NCBI GenBank assembly: GCA_963832165.1
Contig: CAWHTE010000007.1
Span: 1 to 64,000, forward strand
Direction of reading: 5' to 3'
Length of the DNA: 64,000 nt
Source of the DNA: an uncultured delta proteobacterium
GTDB taxonomy: Bacteria; Myxococcota_A; UBA9160; SMWR01
The first letter of the stretch is position 1; the number at the start of each line of letters is the position of its first letter. Below the pieces are notes generated by a model. That model saw only the letters and a list, made by a program, of their open reading frames with translations, made no database searches and was not told the origin of the DNA. This document shows positions 29,991-41,450 of this stretch, piece by piece. The position numbers and the translations under genes were made by a program.

Positions 29991-30722
29991 ATGATCGAAT
30001 CCATTTTGCTCAGCGCGGCCCCGGTTGCGACCTTCGCCGGAGAGAGCCCGCTGACCAACGCCAGCGGTTTCTTCTTCGAGCGCGACGACCGGCTGTTCCT
30101 CGTCACGAGTCGGCACGTCATGATCGATGCGCCGAGCAAGCACTTCCCGGACCGGATCGAGATCGAGCTGCATGACGATCCGGAGAACATCGCCAGCACG
30201 ACGGGATTCTCGATTCCGCTGTATCAGGCGGGCAAGAGCGTCTGGCGACAGGGCATGGATTCGGCCGGCGGGATCGACGTGGCGGCGATCGAGATCGATC
30301 GGTCCGCATTGCCCGAAACCGCGGTGTTCCGGAGTTTCACGCCGCTGCACCTGATCGCATCGCATGACACCGTGGAGATCGGCACCGCGGTCCTGATCCT
30401 GGGCTTTCCTCTGGGATTCTACGACCGGTTGCATCGCATCCCGGTCGTCCGGCAGGCCGTCGTCGCATCGTCCCTCGGGCTGCGGTTCCAGGGCGAGGGC
30501 TACTTCCTGACCGACGCGCGCACGCACTCGGGTAGCAGCGGAGCGCCGGTGATCATGCGCATGTCGCAGCCGGAGCCGGCCCACCGCGATCTTCCCTGGA
30601 TGCTGCTCGGAGTGCACTCGGCGCGGCTCGATGTGGGCCCGCGCGAAGTGAAGGAAGACGAGGCGCTGGGACTCAATTGCGCCTGGTTCGCCGACATCCT
30701 GCTGACGCTGACGGAAGGCTGA
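29991..30722 (+). CDS. Trypsin-like serine protease, no signal peptide
   Basis: SGFF, VTSRH, DVAAI, HSGSSGAPV, LLGVH. Confidence 0.88.
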   Translation: MIESILLSAAPVATFAGESPLTNASGFFFERDDRLFLVTSRHVMIDAPSKHFPDRIEIELHDDPENIASTTGFSIPLYQAGKSVWRQGMDSAGGIDVAAIEIDRSALPETAVFRSFTPLHLIASHDTVEIGTAVLILGFPLGFYDRLHRIPVVRQAVVASSLGLRFQGEGYFLTDARTHSGSSGAPVIMRMSQPEPAHRDLPWMLLGVHSARLDVGPREVKEDEALGLNCAWFADILLTLTEG

Positions 30723-30726
30723 TCGT

Positions 30727-31122
30727 CTAGGAAGCGCGGGAGCGGAGGAACGCCAGGTACTTGAGCAGCTCCTCCTCCTCCTCGGCGGTCAGGTCGTCGA
30801 TCGCGAAGGCCTTCAGTCTCTTGCGGTGCCCGGGGCCATTCTGGGAGGGCAGCAGATATCCGGCCTTCTCCATCAAGGCCTCGTACGGCACCACATACAC
30901 CTCGGCCAGGCGGTGCAGCACGTTAGGCGACGGCTTGCGAATCTTCCCGTTCTCGAGCTGGCTCAGGTAGGCGTTCGAGACGGCCTTCCCCGTGGCCTCT
31001 TCGACCTCCCGGAGCGAGAGTCCCTTCGCCGTACGCAAGTCGGCGAGCAGCGCGCCGAGCTCGCCGGGCCGCGCTACGAACTCGGGGCGCTTGGCTCGAG
31101 GTCGTTTGCGGCCGGTTCGCAT
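30727..31122 (-). CDS. XRE-family HTH regulator, paralog 1
   Basis: GLSLREVEEATGKAVSNAYLSQLENGKIRKPS. Confidence 0.9.
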   Translation of the reverse strand: MRTGRKRPRAKRPEFVARPGELGALLADLRTAKGLSLREVEEATGKAVSNAYLSQLENGKIRKPSPNVLHRLAEVYVVPYEALMEKAGYLLPSQNGPGHRKRLKAFAIDDLTAEEEEELLKYLAFLRSRAS

Positions 31123-31144
31123 CGGGCGGAGTATTGGGTGACTC

Positions 31145-31160
31145 GCTTGATCAATCAAGC
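31145..31160. promoter_or_regulatory. Operator-like palindrome GCTTGATCAATCAAGC
   Basis: Perfect 6-4-6 palindrome 22 nt upstream of the XRE paralog 1 ATG. Confidence 0.7.
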
Positions 31161-31237
31161 AGGTCGGGATCGGCTATAGCGGAAATTCCGGCGATCGGTG
31201 AGTCGCTCACGCTTCTCGAAAGCCCGCCGATCTCGGA

Positions 31238-32890
<1,653 letters not shown>

Positions 32891-32894
32891 TTAA

Positions 32895-32930
32895 TTCGAG
32901 CACCGCGAGAATGTCGTCTTCGCGGATGAA
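32895..32930 (-). pseudogene. groS: 3' remnant of groES
   Basis: Reads FIREDDILAVLE, the GroES C-terminus, directly upstream of the groEL RBS; the rest of the gene is absent. Confidence 0.7.
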
Positions 32931-32938
32931 CTTCGTCG

Positions 32939-32976
32939 GTGTGCTAAGACTACATCAATCGCTAAAATGATCAAGC
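32939..32976 (-). promoter_or_regulatory. groE promoter with CIRCE half-site and overlapping XRE-type site
   Basis: TTGATC-16-TAGTCT; TTAGCACAC with no right arm; GCTTGATCATTTTAGC at 32961-32976. Confidence 0.6.
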
Positions 32977-33028
32977 AGCGCGCTAAAAACGCGCCTTCGA
33001 CCGGCTCGACCGCCGCCGCCTGCGACGA

Positions 33029-33523
33029 TCAGCCGTATCGAACCCGCTCGGAAACCCGCTCGGGGGCAGGCTCGGCCGTCGGCCGCCCGCGCGCCCGACG
33101 CAGAGCGATGGCGACCTGATCCTCGAGGATTTCCCGCGTCCACTTGTACATGCCCTCGGCGGACCTCGCCCCGACCGGCTTCGTGCACATCGCTCCGCCT
33201 CGGCCCCAGAGCAGGAAGTACGGCGTCTTCTCCTCCTGGGCGATGCGGATCTCGGCGCTCATGCCCTGCGACGCCTCGGAGTGCTCACCGCAGATGACGA
33301 TCACTTCGTCTGCTTCGCGGATCCGGCGGCGTGTTCGCTCGCTCCACGTCTCGGCCGAGGAAAGGAACTCGGATTCACCCGACACGCAGAAGCCCGATCC
33401 TCGCGCTTGCGCCAGGAGCCGATCGTAGAGCTCCCGGTCGTGATCGATGTCGAAGCTGACGTATACACGGGCCTGGCTCACGCTGGATACTCCGTTTGCC
33501 TGGATCGGCGGTAGCGCTGTCAT
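33029..33523 (-). CDS. TIR-like domain protein (MTH538/DUF1863, ThsB-like)
   Basis: RVYVSFDIDHD, IREADEVIVICGEH, SAEIRIA (catalytic Glu position), PYFLLWGR, YKWT; ATGA-coupled to XRE paralog 2. Confidence 0.82.
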   Translation of the reverse strand: MTALPPIQANGVSSVSQARVYVSFDIDHDRELYDRLLAQARGSGFCVSGESEFLSSAETWSERTRRRIREADEVIVICGEHSEASQGMSAEIRIAQEEKTPYFLLWGRGGAMCTKPVGARSAEGMYKWTREILEDQVAIALRRARGRPTAEPAPERVSERVRYG

Positions 33524-33915
33524 GACGAACTTCGCGAGCGAAGAAAGGCGAGGTACTTGAGCAGCTGCTCCTCCTCGCCGGAGGTCAGGTCGTCGATCGC
33601 GAAGGCCGCCAACCGCTTCTCCCGCCCGCTGCCATTCTCGGAGGGCAGCAGGTATCCGGCCTTCTCCATCAGTACGTCGTACGGCACGCCATAGACTTCG
33701 GAAAGACTGTAGAGCACGTTAGGCGACGGCTTACCGATCTTCCCATTCTCGAGCTGGCTCAGATAGGCATTCGAGACCGCCTTGCCCGCGGCCTCCTCGA
33801 CCTCGCGCAGCGAGAGCCCCTTCGCCTTGCGCAGATCGGCCAGTAGCCCGCCGAGCTCGGAAGGCCGCGCGACGGGCTCGCCGGGTTTGCGAGGCCGTTT
33901 GCTGCCGCTTTGCAT
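33520..33915 (-). CDS. XRE-family HTH regulator, paralog 2
   Basis: Close paralog of 30727-31122 with identical VSNAYLSQLENGK. Confidence 0.9.
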   Translation of the reverse strand: MQSGSKRPRKPGEPVARPSELGGLLADLRKAKGLSLREVEEAAGKAVSNAYLSQLENGKIGKPSPNVLYSLSEVYGVPYDVLMEKAGYLLPSENGSGREKRLAAFAIDDLTSGEEEQLLKYLAFLRSRSSS

Positions 33916-33935
33916 CGGGCGCTGCCTCTCGTTTT

Positions 33936-33980
33936 GCTTGATATATAAAGCAAATCATCTGTCTGCTTGACAACTCGAGC
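33936..33980. promoter_or_regulatory. Tandem operator-like palindromes
   Basis: GCTTGATATATAAAGC (33936) and GCTTGACAACTCGAGC (33965), 29 bp apart; the second contains TTGACA. Confidence 0.7.
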
Positions 33981-34198
33981 ATATTGTGTCAGTTTAGCAC
34001 AGTCTGCCGAACCGCGTGCGGTTCCGCGGATTCACGATTCCACGGGGCACGGGGAGGGAGCCGCTTGGCCGAGCAAAGGGAGTCCTCCCGGTCGAGAAGC
34101 CTCGGCCCGATTCCTCCGCCCTTCCCCGGTCCGATTCCCGGTGAGCTTCCGACTCCGATTCCCTGGATTCCCAGTTCGCGACGGGTGCGAGATTGATC

Positions 34199-34750
34199 AT
34201 GAAACACAACGAGGCCATGGAGCAGACATCGCCCTTGGCGAGCTGCTTCTGGTGTGAGCGACTCCATCCGGGAGAGCACGCGCTCTCCATCTGTCCCGAG
34301 TGCACGGCGCGCTATTCGACGATGCGGTCGCTCGAGATGCGGGGGTCCTATCCGCTCGATGACGAGTCGATCGACAACCTGATCACCCGCACTTCTCCGG
34401 GCAACTACGCACTCGGATACATGGATGGCGACGAATTCAGCGTGTTCTACGTCGGGCGGTCGGATTCGGATCTGAGACGTCGCCTGCACGAATGGGTGGG
34501 CACGCCGAGTCGCGATGAGCGGTATGCCTCCGCGTCGCAGGCGTCGTGGGGAGTGCACCACCGGACACGATTTCCGGTGGACGCCCCGACACTCGCTCGC
34601 GTGGGTAACGCGGCAAGCGCATACACGCGCTTCGCCTACAGCTACGCCGGGTCTGCGAACGAAGCCTATGGGAAAGAGTGGCGGAACTACGACGCGTTCG
34701 GTGGCAGCCGCGGACTCGACAACGAGCGAGAGCCGTTCCTCGCGATCTGA
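34199..34750 (+). CDS. Hypothetical protein with CxxC pair and GIY-YIG-like motif
   Basis: CFWC...CPEC; GNYALG...FYVGRSDSDLRRRLHEW...EAYGKE...LDN. Confidence 0.65.
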   Translation: MKHNEAMEQTSPLASCFWCERLHPGEHALSICPECTARYSTMRSLEMRGSYPLDDESIDNLITRTSPGNYALGYMDGDEFSVFYVGRSDSDLRRRLHEWVGTPSRDERYASASQASWGVHHRTRFPVDAPTLARVGNAASAYTRFAYSYAGSANEAYGKEWRNYDAFGGSRGLDNEREPFLAI

Positions 34751-34771
34751 TGCGAGACGGTGGGAACTAGC

Positions 34772-34957
34772 ATGGGAAAAGAATTGCGTGAAGTGCTCGC
34801 ACGTCTCAGGCAGTGGCTCGGGAAGCGGGCTGCCGAGCGGCGCACGGCCAAGGCGCGCGCCCGCTTCTGGGCCGGCGTGCGCGAGGGAGAGCGCGAGGCG
34901 GAAGCTCATTCCCGTCCTGATGGCAACGCCATGATGAACGGAGAGTTTCAGCCATGA
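34772..34957 (+). CDS. Small basic hypothetical protein
   Basis: ATGA overlap with the next gene; ARARFWAGVREGEREAE. Confidence 0.5.
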   Translation: MGKELREVLARLRQWLGKRAAERRTAKARARFWAGVREGEREAEAHSRPDGNAMMNGEFQP

Positions 34958-35712
34958 GTCTTCTTCGGCGAATCACCTCGCGCGGACTTTTGATCGTCTC
35001 GCTTGCTCTGGTCTCCTGGCCTTGCGTAGCGACGACCCAGGACGAAAACGCGAAGCAGATGCCTCCCAATGCCCATGCGAATCGCTCCGGCGGATGGGAC
35101 TGCGACCGGGGGTACGAGGCCGTCGGTCAGTCCTGTATCGCGATCGCAGTGCCTGCGAATGCCTATCTGAACGCGTTCGGACGCGGATGGGATTGCAACC
35201 GGGGCTATCGGAAAGCCGGCGAAGCCTGCGCGCTGATCGATCTGCCCGAGAACTCCTTTCTTCATTCTCACGAGATCTGGAAGTGCGATCGAGGATATCG
35301 CCGGACCGGTGAGTCGTGCGTCGCCGTTGTGGTCCCTGAACACGGGTATCTCGACGACTCGGGGGACCATTGGTCGTGCGAACGCGGGTTTCGCGCGAGC
35401 GGCGATGCGTGCGAGCGAGTCGAGATCCCGGCCAATGGGTACCTGGGCCGTTCCGGCGACAGCTGGAAGTGCAAGCGCGGATTCCGCGAGGACGGCGAAA
35501 CCTGCGTTGCGATCGAGTTGCCCACGAACGGCTACATCGACTCCTCAGGAAGCGACTTCCGCTGCGAGCGAGGCTTCCAGAAGCAGGGACCCCGCTGCGT
35601 TGCCCTGAACGTGCCAGCGAACGCTCACCTCGACTACGGGGGAAACCGCTGGACTTGCGATCCGAGCTTCCAGCAGCGGGAAGAGGCCTGCGCTGAGATT
35701 GCGGATCGATAG
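34954..35712 (+). CDS. Secreted protein with seven ~31-aa Cys repeats
   Basis: Signal peptide; unit PxN...W-x-C-x-R-G-[FY]-x6-C. Confidence 0.85.
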   Translation: MSLLRRITSRGLLIVSLALVSWPCVATTQDENAKQMPPNAHANRSGGWDCDRGYEAVGQSCIAIAVPANAYLNAFGRGWDCNRGYRKAGEACALIDLPENSFLHSHEIWKCDRGYRRTGESCVAVVVPEHGYLDDSGDHWSCERGFRASGDACERVEIPANGYLGRSGDSWKCKRGFREDGETCVAIELPTNGYIDSSGSDFRCERGFQKQGPRCVALNVPANAHLDYGGNRWTCDPSFQQREEACAEIADR

Positions 35713-35762
35713 GGCCGCGTCGCCCCCTTCGTCGGGCGAATTGCTCGGGTCGAGGAGCGCTC

Positions 35763-36314
35763 ATGTTCGTTCTTGAGATGGCTGCCTGGCTCGTCTTCTC
35801 GTGCATTCTGATGTCGTTCGTCGAGCATCAGGTCCACCGGAAGCTGATGCACAGAAAGAACTTTCTCAGCGAGCGCACGGCGTCCTTCAAACGCATTTTC
35901 GAGGCGCACGCTCTGGTGCATCACAAGCACTACTCCGACATATTCAGCGATGAACCGGTCGCTCGGGGTGAAGACAAAGAGATACGGCTGACGGTGCGCA
36001 AGGCGCCGATCAAGGCGATTCCGTTCGCTGCGCCCATTGCATTGGTCTCGTGGGAGGGGGCCGCGAGCTTCGTGGCCGTAATGACCTTTCATCACTGGAC
36101 CTGGAACAAGATTCATCTGGAGATGCACAAGCCGGAGCAGAGGGCCTTCAGCACCTGGCCGATCTACAGGCTTCTGGCGCGATACCACTGCCTGCACCAC
36201 AAACACGGGAACAAGAACTTCAACGTCGTGTTCCCTCTGGCCGACTACGTTCTCGGAACGAACGTTCGGGCCAACGAAGGCGATCTCGCCTACCTGAAGC
36301 AATGCGGATTGTGA
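35763..36314 (+). CDS. Fatty acid hydroxylase/sterol desaturase-like membrane protein
   Basis: HRKLMH, HALVHH, HLEMH, HCLHH, NFNVV. Confidence 0.8.
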   Translation: MFVLEMAAWLVFSCILMSFVEHQVHRKLMHRKNFLSERTASFKRIFEAHALVHHKHYSDIFSDEPVARGEDKEIRLTVRKAPIKAIPFAAPIALVSWEGAASFVAVMTFHHWTWNKIHLEMHKPEQRAFSTWPIYRLLARYHCLHHKHGNKNFNVVFPLADYVLGTNVRANEGDLAYLKQCGL

Positions 36315-36562
36315 TCGGGGCCTCCCGGCCCGAGTGTTCCGCGAGCGCCTCTCCGTTGGCGGAAGCCTGCGAGACGAGCTAAACAGCGCATCGAGTCGGC
36401 AAGTCCGACCGCGGCAAACAACAGGACCTCTCCTCGGCACTGATACTTCCGGATCGAGGTCGGGCCGCACCTACACCTTCTCTCGCCCCGCTGTTGTGTG
36501 GGCTGGAACCAAGCGGCGGAGTTGCGCCCTCGTGCGCACTCCTGCCGGAGAATCACAGCTAC

Positions 36563-37828
36563 ATGTCAGCACCTTCTCTGAAACCTTCCGTCCCGAGCGG
36601 ATTCGACGCATTCGGGCTCCATTCCGCGCTCGGCCGCGGAATCCGCGAGGCCGGCTTCGAAACGCCGCGCGCCATCCAGGCCGAGACGATCCCCGCCGCG
36701 ATCGCGCGCCGCGACGTGCTCGGCCTTGCGCAGACCGGTACCGGTAAGACCGCGGCGTTCGCCCTGCCCGTGCTCGAGCGCATGCTCGAATCCTCCGGTC
36801 CGGGCGATCCCCGAACCCTGATCCTGGCGCCCACGCGCGAGCTCGCCCAGCAGATCGACGCGGAGATCCGTCTGCTCGCGCGGTTCACTCAGATCCGAAC
36901 CGCGACGATCTTCGGCGGAGTCTCCGTACGCACACAGATCGGTGCGCTGCGTCGAAACCCCGCGATCGTGGTGGGCTGTCCTGGTCGCGTGCTGGATCTC
37001 GTACAGCAGCGCGCGTTGCGCCTCTCGAGCGTCGAGATCCTCGTCCTCGACGAAGCCGACCACATGTTCGACCTGGGCTTCCTGCCCGACCTTCGGCGCA
37101 TCCTGGCCGCACTGCCCTCGCGGCGGCAGAACCTGCTCTTCTCGGCGACGATGCCCGACGCGATCCGCCAGCTCGCCGACGGGATGCTGCGAAACGCGCA
37201 CGTGGTCCAGCTCTCGGGTCGCGCACCCGCGGAGACGATCGACCACGCGCTCTACGCCGTGACGGAGCACGGGAAGCACGACCTGCTCGAGCGCATTCTG
37301 GCCGAGGAGACCTGTGAATCGGCGATCGTCTTCACGCGCACGAAGCACCGCGCGCGGCGCCTCGCGCAGCAGCTCGAGAAGAACGGGCACCGCTCGATCG
37401 CACTCCAGGGAAACATGTCGCAGTCGCAACGCGATCGCGCGATGAGCGGCTTCCGATCGCGCCACTACGACGTTCTCGTCGCCACCGACATCGCGGCGCG
37501 CGGAATCGACGTCAGCAGCGTCTCCCACGTCATCAACTTCGACGTCCCGACTACCCCGCTGGCCTACACGCATCGGATCGGACGCACCGGCCGCTCGGAG
37601 CGCGAAGGCGTCGCGCGCACGTTCGTCACGGGCGAGGATCGCGCGTGGCTGCGGGATACCGAACGGATGATCGGCGCGACGATCCCGCGCCTGCAGGCCC
37701 CGGGCATTCCGAGCGAACGCCTCGATGCGGAGTCGGATCGCCCTGGGCCGGGTCGCCGCTCGGCGATCCAGCGACCGGGCGCGCGGGACGGACGCTACCG
37801 GCCGGCTCGGCCGCGTCGACGCCGCTAA
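36563..37828 (+). CDS. DEAD-box RNA helicase (RhlE-like)
   Basis: AQTGTGKT, PTRELA, DEAD, SAT, ARGID, HRIGRTGR. Confidence 0.95.
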   Translation: MSAPSLKPSVPSGFDAFGLHSALGRGIREAGFETPRAIQAETIPAAIARRDVLGLAQTGTGKTAAFALPVLERMLESSGPGDPRTLILAPTRELAQQIDAEIRLLARFTQIRTATIFGGVSVRTQIGALRRNPAIVVGCPGRVLDLVQQRALRLSSVEILVLDEADHMFDLGFLPDLRRILAALPSRRQNLLFSATMPDAIRQLADGMLRNAHVVQLSGRAPAETIDHALYAVTEHGKHDLLERILAEETCESAIVFTRTKHRARRLAQQLEKNGHRSIALQGNMSQSQRDRAMSGFRSRHYDVLVATDIAARGIDVSSVSHVINFDVPTTPLAYTHRIGRTGRSEREGVARTFVTGEDRAWLRDTERMIGATIPRLQAPGIPSERLDAESDRPGPGRRSAIQRPGARDGRYRPARPRRRR

Positions 37829-37896
37829 CGCGCACGGGTGAAGATCGATCGGTAGCCGCGCGCGATCGCGATGCCCGCCTCGCTAGAGTCGGGCCA

Positions 37897-38967
37897 ATGA
37901 CGCAGCGGCTTCCGATCGATGCGAGCGGGCTCACGCCCGAATGGCTGTCGGCTGCACTCTCCCGGCGACATCCCGGGGTCCGGTTGGCCGCGGTCGAAGT
38001 ACTCGACGCCACGGAACGCACCAACCATCACCTCCGCCTCGGCCTCACCTACGACGTCCAGGCCGGAGCGCCGGACACGCTGTTCTGCAAGCTGCCTCCC
38101 CGCGATCCCGAGCACCGGGCTCGCATCGGCGCCGCCGGCATGGGCAACCGCGAGGTGAACTTCTACGCGGGGGACACGCCGTCGCTGTCGATGCGCGTGC
38201 CGGCGTGTGAGTTCGCGTCTGCGGATGCCGACGGCGCGTTCCTCCTGCTGCTCGAAGACCTCGCCGCGCGCGGCGCCCAGATATCCGACGGATCGTGGGC
38301 CGTGCCGGGCAAGTTCGCGCGAGCCGCCGTCGCGGATCTGGCCGACCTGCACGTCCGCTACGAGGATCCCGCGCGGCTCGCTGCCGTCGCACCCTGGGCC
38401 ACTTCGCTGCGCTCGAAGCCTGCCGATTTCGTGACTCGCACGCTTCGCTACGTGCTCGAACACTGCCGCGACCGGCTGAGCGACGCCTATCTCGCCGTCG
38501 TCGAGCTCTACATCGAGCATCACGAACGGATCGAAGCCGCGTGGGACGCCGGCCCGCAGACTCTGATCCATGGAGACGCCCACATCGGCAACCTCTTCCT
38601 CGACGGCGACCGGGTCGGGTTCCTCGATTGGGGAATGGCCAGGATCGGTACGCCGATGCGCGACCTCAGCTTCTTCCTCACGATGGGACTCGAGTCCGAC
38701 GATCGTCGCCGCGACGAGCGCGACCTCATCCAGCACTACCTCGACGTGCGTCGCACCATCGGGGGCAGCCCCATCCCCTTCGAGGACGCCTGGCTCGCGC
38801 ATCGGATCCATGCGGCGTACGGCGTGATCGCCTCGTTCCTGTCCCTGGTTCCGCCGTACAACACCGAAGCGAGGCGGATGTTCACCACGAATTTCCGCGC
38901 GCGTGCGATGGCCGCGCTCGACGATCTCGACGCCGTCGATGCCCTGCGCGACGCCGTCATCGACTGA
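37897..38967 (+). CDS. APH/EcKinase-like phosphotransferase
   Basis: LLLLEDL, HGDAHIGN, FLDWG. Confidence 0.88.
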   Translation: MTQRLPIDASGLTPEWLSAALSRRHPGVRLAAVEVLDATERTNHHLRLGLTYDVQAGAPDTLFCKLPPRDPEHRARIGAAGMGNREVNFYAGDTPSLSMRVPACEFASADADGAFLLLLEDLAARGAQISDGSWAVPGKFARAAVADLADLHVRYEDPARLAAVAPWATSLRSKPADFVTRTLRYVLEHCRDRLSDAYLAVVELYIEHHERIEAAWDAGPQTLIHGDAHIGNLFLDGDRVGFLDWGMARIGTPMRDLSFFLTMGLESDDRRRDERDLIQHYLDVRRTIGGSPIPFEDAWLAHRIHAAYGVIASFLSLVPPYNTEARRMFTTNFRARAMAALDDLDAVDALRDAVID

Positions 38968-39044
38968 TCGGGCTGACGCAGTCGTCAGCCGATGATCAGC
39001 GCCCCCCGGATGAAGTTCTACATCAGTTGTGTCACGCTGACGCT

Positions 39045-39458
39045 ATGCCCGACTTCAGCCTGTTCGGCGACGAGCACGTTCGGCAGTACGAGGCCACTGC
39101 GGGAAAGACTGGCCACGACTGGAACGGCACCTCGATCCTGGTCCTTCACACCCGAGGCCGGAAATCCGGCGAGATCCGAAAATTTCCGCTGATCTACGGA
39201 CGCGATGGGGAGGACTACGTGATCGTCGCGTCGCGCGGTGGATCTCCCGATCACCCGGGCTGGTACAAGAACCTGGTCGCCCATCCCGATGTCAGCATCC
39301 AGGTGTGGGACGCGGTGCTGCCCGTCACGGCGCGAACCGCGAGTGCCGCGGAGAAGAAGCGCCTGTGGCCCATCATGGCCGCCGAGTGGCCTGACTACGA
39401 CAAGTACCAGGCCAACACGACCCGCGACATCCCGGTGGTCGTGCTCAGCCCGCGCTGA
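39045..39458 (+). CDS. Deazaflavin (F420)-dependent nitroreductase family protein
   Basis: GRKSGEIR, VASRGGSPDHPGWYKNLVAHP, TTRDIPVVVL. Confidence 0.9.
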   Translation: MPDFSLFGDEHVRQYEATAGKTGHDWNGTSILVLHTRGRKSGEIRKFPLIYGRDGEDYVIVASRGGSPDHPGWYKNLVAHPDVSIQVWDAVLPVTARTASAAEKKRLWPIMAAEWPDYDKYQANTTRDIPVVVLSPR

Positions 39459-39485
39459 CGCCGCCAGGTCGAGGAGGGTCCCGCC

Positions 39486-39869
39486 GTGCATCGCTCCTGG
39501 GTCTCGCTCGTCTGCGCGCTCCTCGCGATCGCGCTCGCTTCGTCCGCGCGCGGCGTCACTCCGAAACGCGATCAGTCCGCGGCGCAGCAGGAGAAGGACC
39601 AGTACGAATGCCGCCGGTGGGCCGTGGCGCACACGGGTTTCGACCCCAAGAACCCGCCTAGCGCGCCGCCGCGCAAAACCGGCGTGCAATCCAGTCCCGT
39701 GGCCGGTCTCAAGGGAGACCCGGTGCTGCGCAAGGTGCAGCGGCGCGACGAAGAGATGGCGCGCAAGAAGCAGCAGGAGCAGCACAAAGCCAAGCTCGAA
39801 GCTCAGCGCGTGAAGTACGAGCGCGCGGTCAAGACCTGCCTCGAGGGACGCAACTACTCCGTCAACTGA
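39486..39869 (+). CDS. Small secreted protein with two Cys
   Basis: Signal peptide; QSAAQQEKDQYECRRWA...CLEGRNYSV; GAGGAG RBS. Confidence 0.75.
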   Translation: MHRSWVSLVCALLAIALASSARGVTPKRDQSAAQQEKDQYECRRWAVAHTGFDPKNPPSAPPRKTGVQSSPVAGLKGDPVLRKVQRRDEEMARKKQQEQHKAKLEAQRVKYERAVKTCLEGRNYSVN

Positions 39870-39969
39870 GCTCGATGTCGACGCTGCCGCTGGCACGGCT
39901 TCTGCATCGCTCATCGCCGTATCGCCGCACGCGACGTCCATTCGCGGTGCCGCAACCGAGGCAGGAGCA

Positions 39970-40839
39970 TTGCAGAACCTACTCTCGTCCCTCAAACCCC
40001 GAGGCGCGAAGCGCGCGCTGCAGCGCAAGCTCAGGGACGCGATTTCGGAGCTCGAGGGCAAGGCGCCCCTGCGCGACGCCTCCGTTCACGAGGCGCGCAA
40101 GGATCTGAAGCGCGCCCGGGCGACGCTGCGCCTGCTGCGCGATGCCATCGGCGAGACGGCCTATCGGCGCGCCAATCGGCGGATTCGCGATGCCGCACGC
40201 CCGCTATCGCGAGTTCGCGACGCCAAGGCGCTGATCGATGCGGTCGAGAAGCTGCGCGCCAGCACGAATGAGGCGCGGCCCCGAACAGAGCTGGACATGC
40301 TGGAACAGGAGCTGCAAAGAACGCGGAAGCGCGCGCGCAGCGAGGTACTGAAGCCGGCGCGCGTCGCGCGCGTCCGGCGCTCGGTCGAATCCGTGCTGAC
40401 TGACAGTCGGCGCTGGCCCGCGCCGACGGACGATGCTCTGCGACGCGGCGTCGAGCGACTCTACCGCAAGGGCCGCAAGGCCTTCGCCCGAGCGGAGGCA
40501 GACACACGCGATCTGACGCTGCACGAGTCGCGCAAGGAGACCAAGCACCTGGGCAAGGCTTTGAAGGTCCTCGGCCCCCGCGGCCGCGGCATCGAGAAGC
40601 GGGTGAAGCGTGCGGAGTCGATCGCCGACGCGCTCGGCGATGACCACGACCTCGCCCTGCTGCGCACGAAGGTCGCGGAGCGCCGTCGCTCGGCGTCCGC
40701 TCGCCAGGCGCTGCTCGAGGAGATCGAGCGCCGCCGCGAGAAGCTCCAGCGAAAGGCCGAGAAGCAGAGTCGGCGCCTGTACCGGCGCAAGCCGAAGGCG
40801 TTCGTGGACGCGCTCGACCTCCACGGCCAAGCGCGCTGA
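39970..40839 (+). CDS. CHAD-domain protein
   Basis: VHEARKDLKRARA, RVRD, LHESRK, LGDDHDL. Confidence 0.88.
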   Translation: MQNLLSSLKPRGAKRALQRKLRDAISELEGKAPLRDASVHEARKDLKRARATLRLLRDAIGETAYRRANRRIRDAARPLSRVRDAKALIDAVEKLRASTNEARPRTELDMLEQELQRTRKRARSEVLKPARVARVRRSVESVLTDSRRWPAPTDDALRRGVERLYRKGRKAFARAEADTRDLTLHESRKETKHLGKALKVLGPRGRGIEKRVKRAESIADALGDDHDLALLRTKVAERRRSASARQALLEEIERRREKLQRKAEKQSRRLYRRKPKAFVDALDLHGQAR

Positions 40840-40866
40840 GGTGGCGCCGAATCTCCGCGTCGCGCG

Positions 40867-41427
40867 TCAGCCGCTCCAGCCGCCGTTCTTGCGCAACCTC
40901 GCCACCGCCTCGCGCAGCGTGCTCTCGCCGCCGATCGGGTAACCCACGAGCATCTCGCCGCGGCCTTTGAAGCGGCGGTCGATATCGTCGAGCATGCGTC
41001 CCGCGCTGGACGAGGAGCCGATCTTCGTCCAGAGCGCCGTGACGGCCAGGCGCGCATTCGCGTCCAGCACCGCCACCTCGGGGTGGCGGCTCTGCCATTC
41101 CGGCTCGAGCATCGGAACGACGTGCTTGCCCACGTAGAAATCGATGAACTCGTCGAACATGATCATGCCGTTGCGGTCGTTGCGCCGGAACAGCCCGTCC
41201 ATCGTCACCAGGAAGTGTCCCAGATCGCGGTAGGCGCGACCGAGGTCGCGCTTCCGCTGCGCGAGCGCCTCACCGCCGAGCGGTGCGGTCGTCTCGCGCA
41301 CGGCCGCCTGCGCCACCCACTCGTCGGCGATCCGCTCGTCGCTGGCGCAGCCGAGCGCCAGCGCGGCACAGCCGGCGAGCAGGAATCCCGCGCCCACGCG
41401 GCGCGCGACACGAATCCCGTTGGCCAT
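40867..41427 (-). CDS. Uncharacterised lipoprotein
   Basis: AGGAGG RBS; lipobox LALGC. Confidence 0.78.
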   Translation of the reverse strand: MANGIRVARRVGAGFLLAGCAALALGCASDERIADEWVAQAAVRETTAPLGGEALAQRKRDLGRAYRDLGHFLVTMDGLFRRNDRNGMIMFDEFIDFYVGKHVVPMLEPEWQSRHPEVAVLDANARLAVTALWTKIGSSSSAGRMLDDIDRRFKGRGEMLVGYPIGGESTLREAVARLRKNGGWSG

Positions 41428-41450
41428 CGTCGAACCCTCCTGGCGCGGCC

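Noticed and set aside
33029..33523. Complete Thoeris system
   Set aside because: No SIR2, Macro or other ThsA-type effector in the window.
33994..34020. Second CIRCE (TTAGCACAG...)
   Set aside because: No right arm at 9-nt spacing and no chaperone gene downstream.
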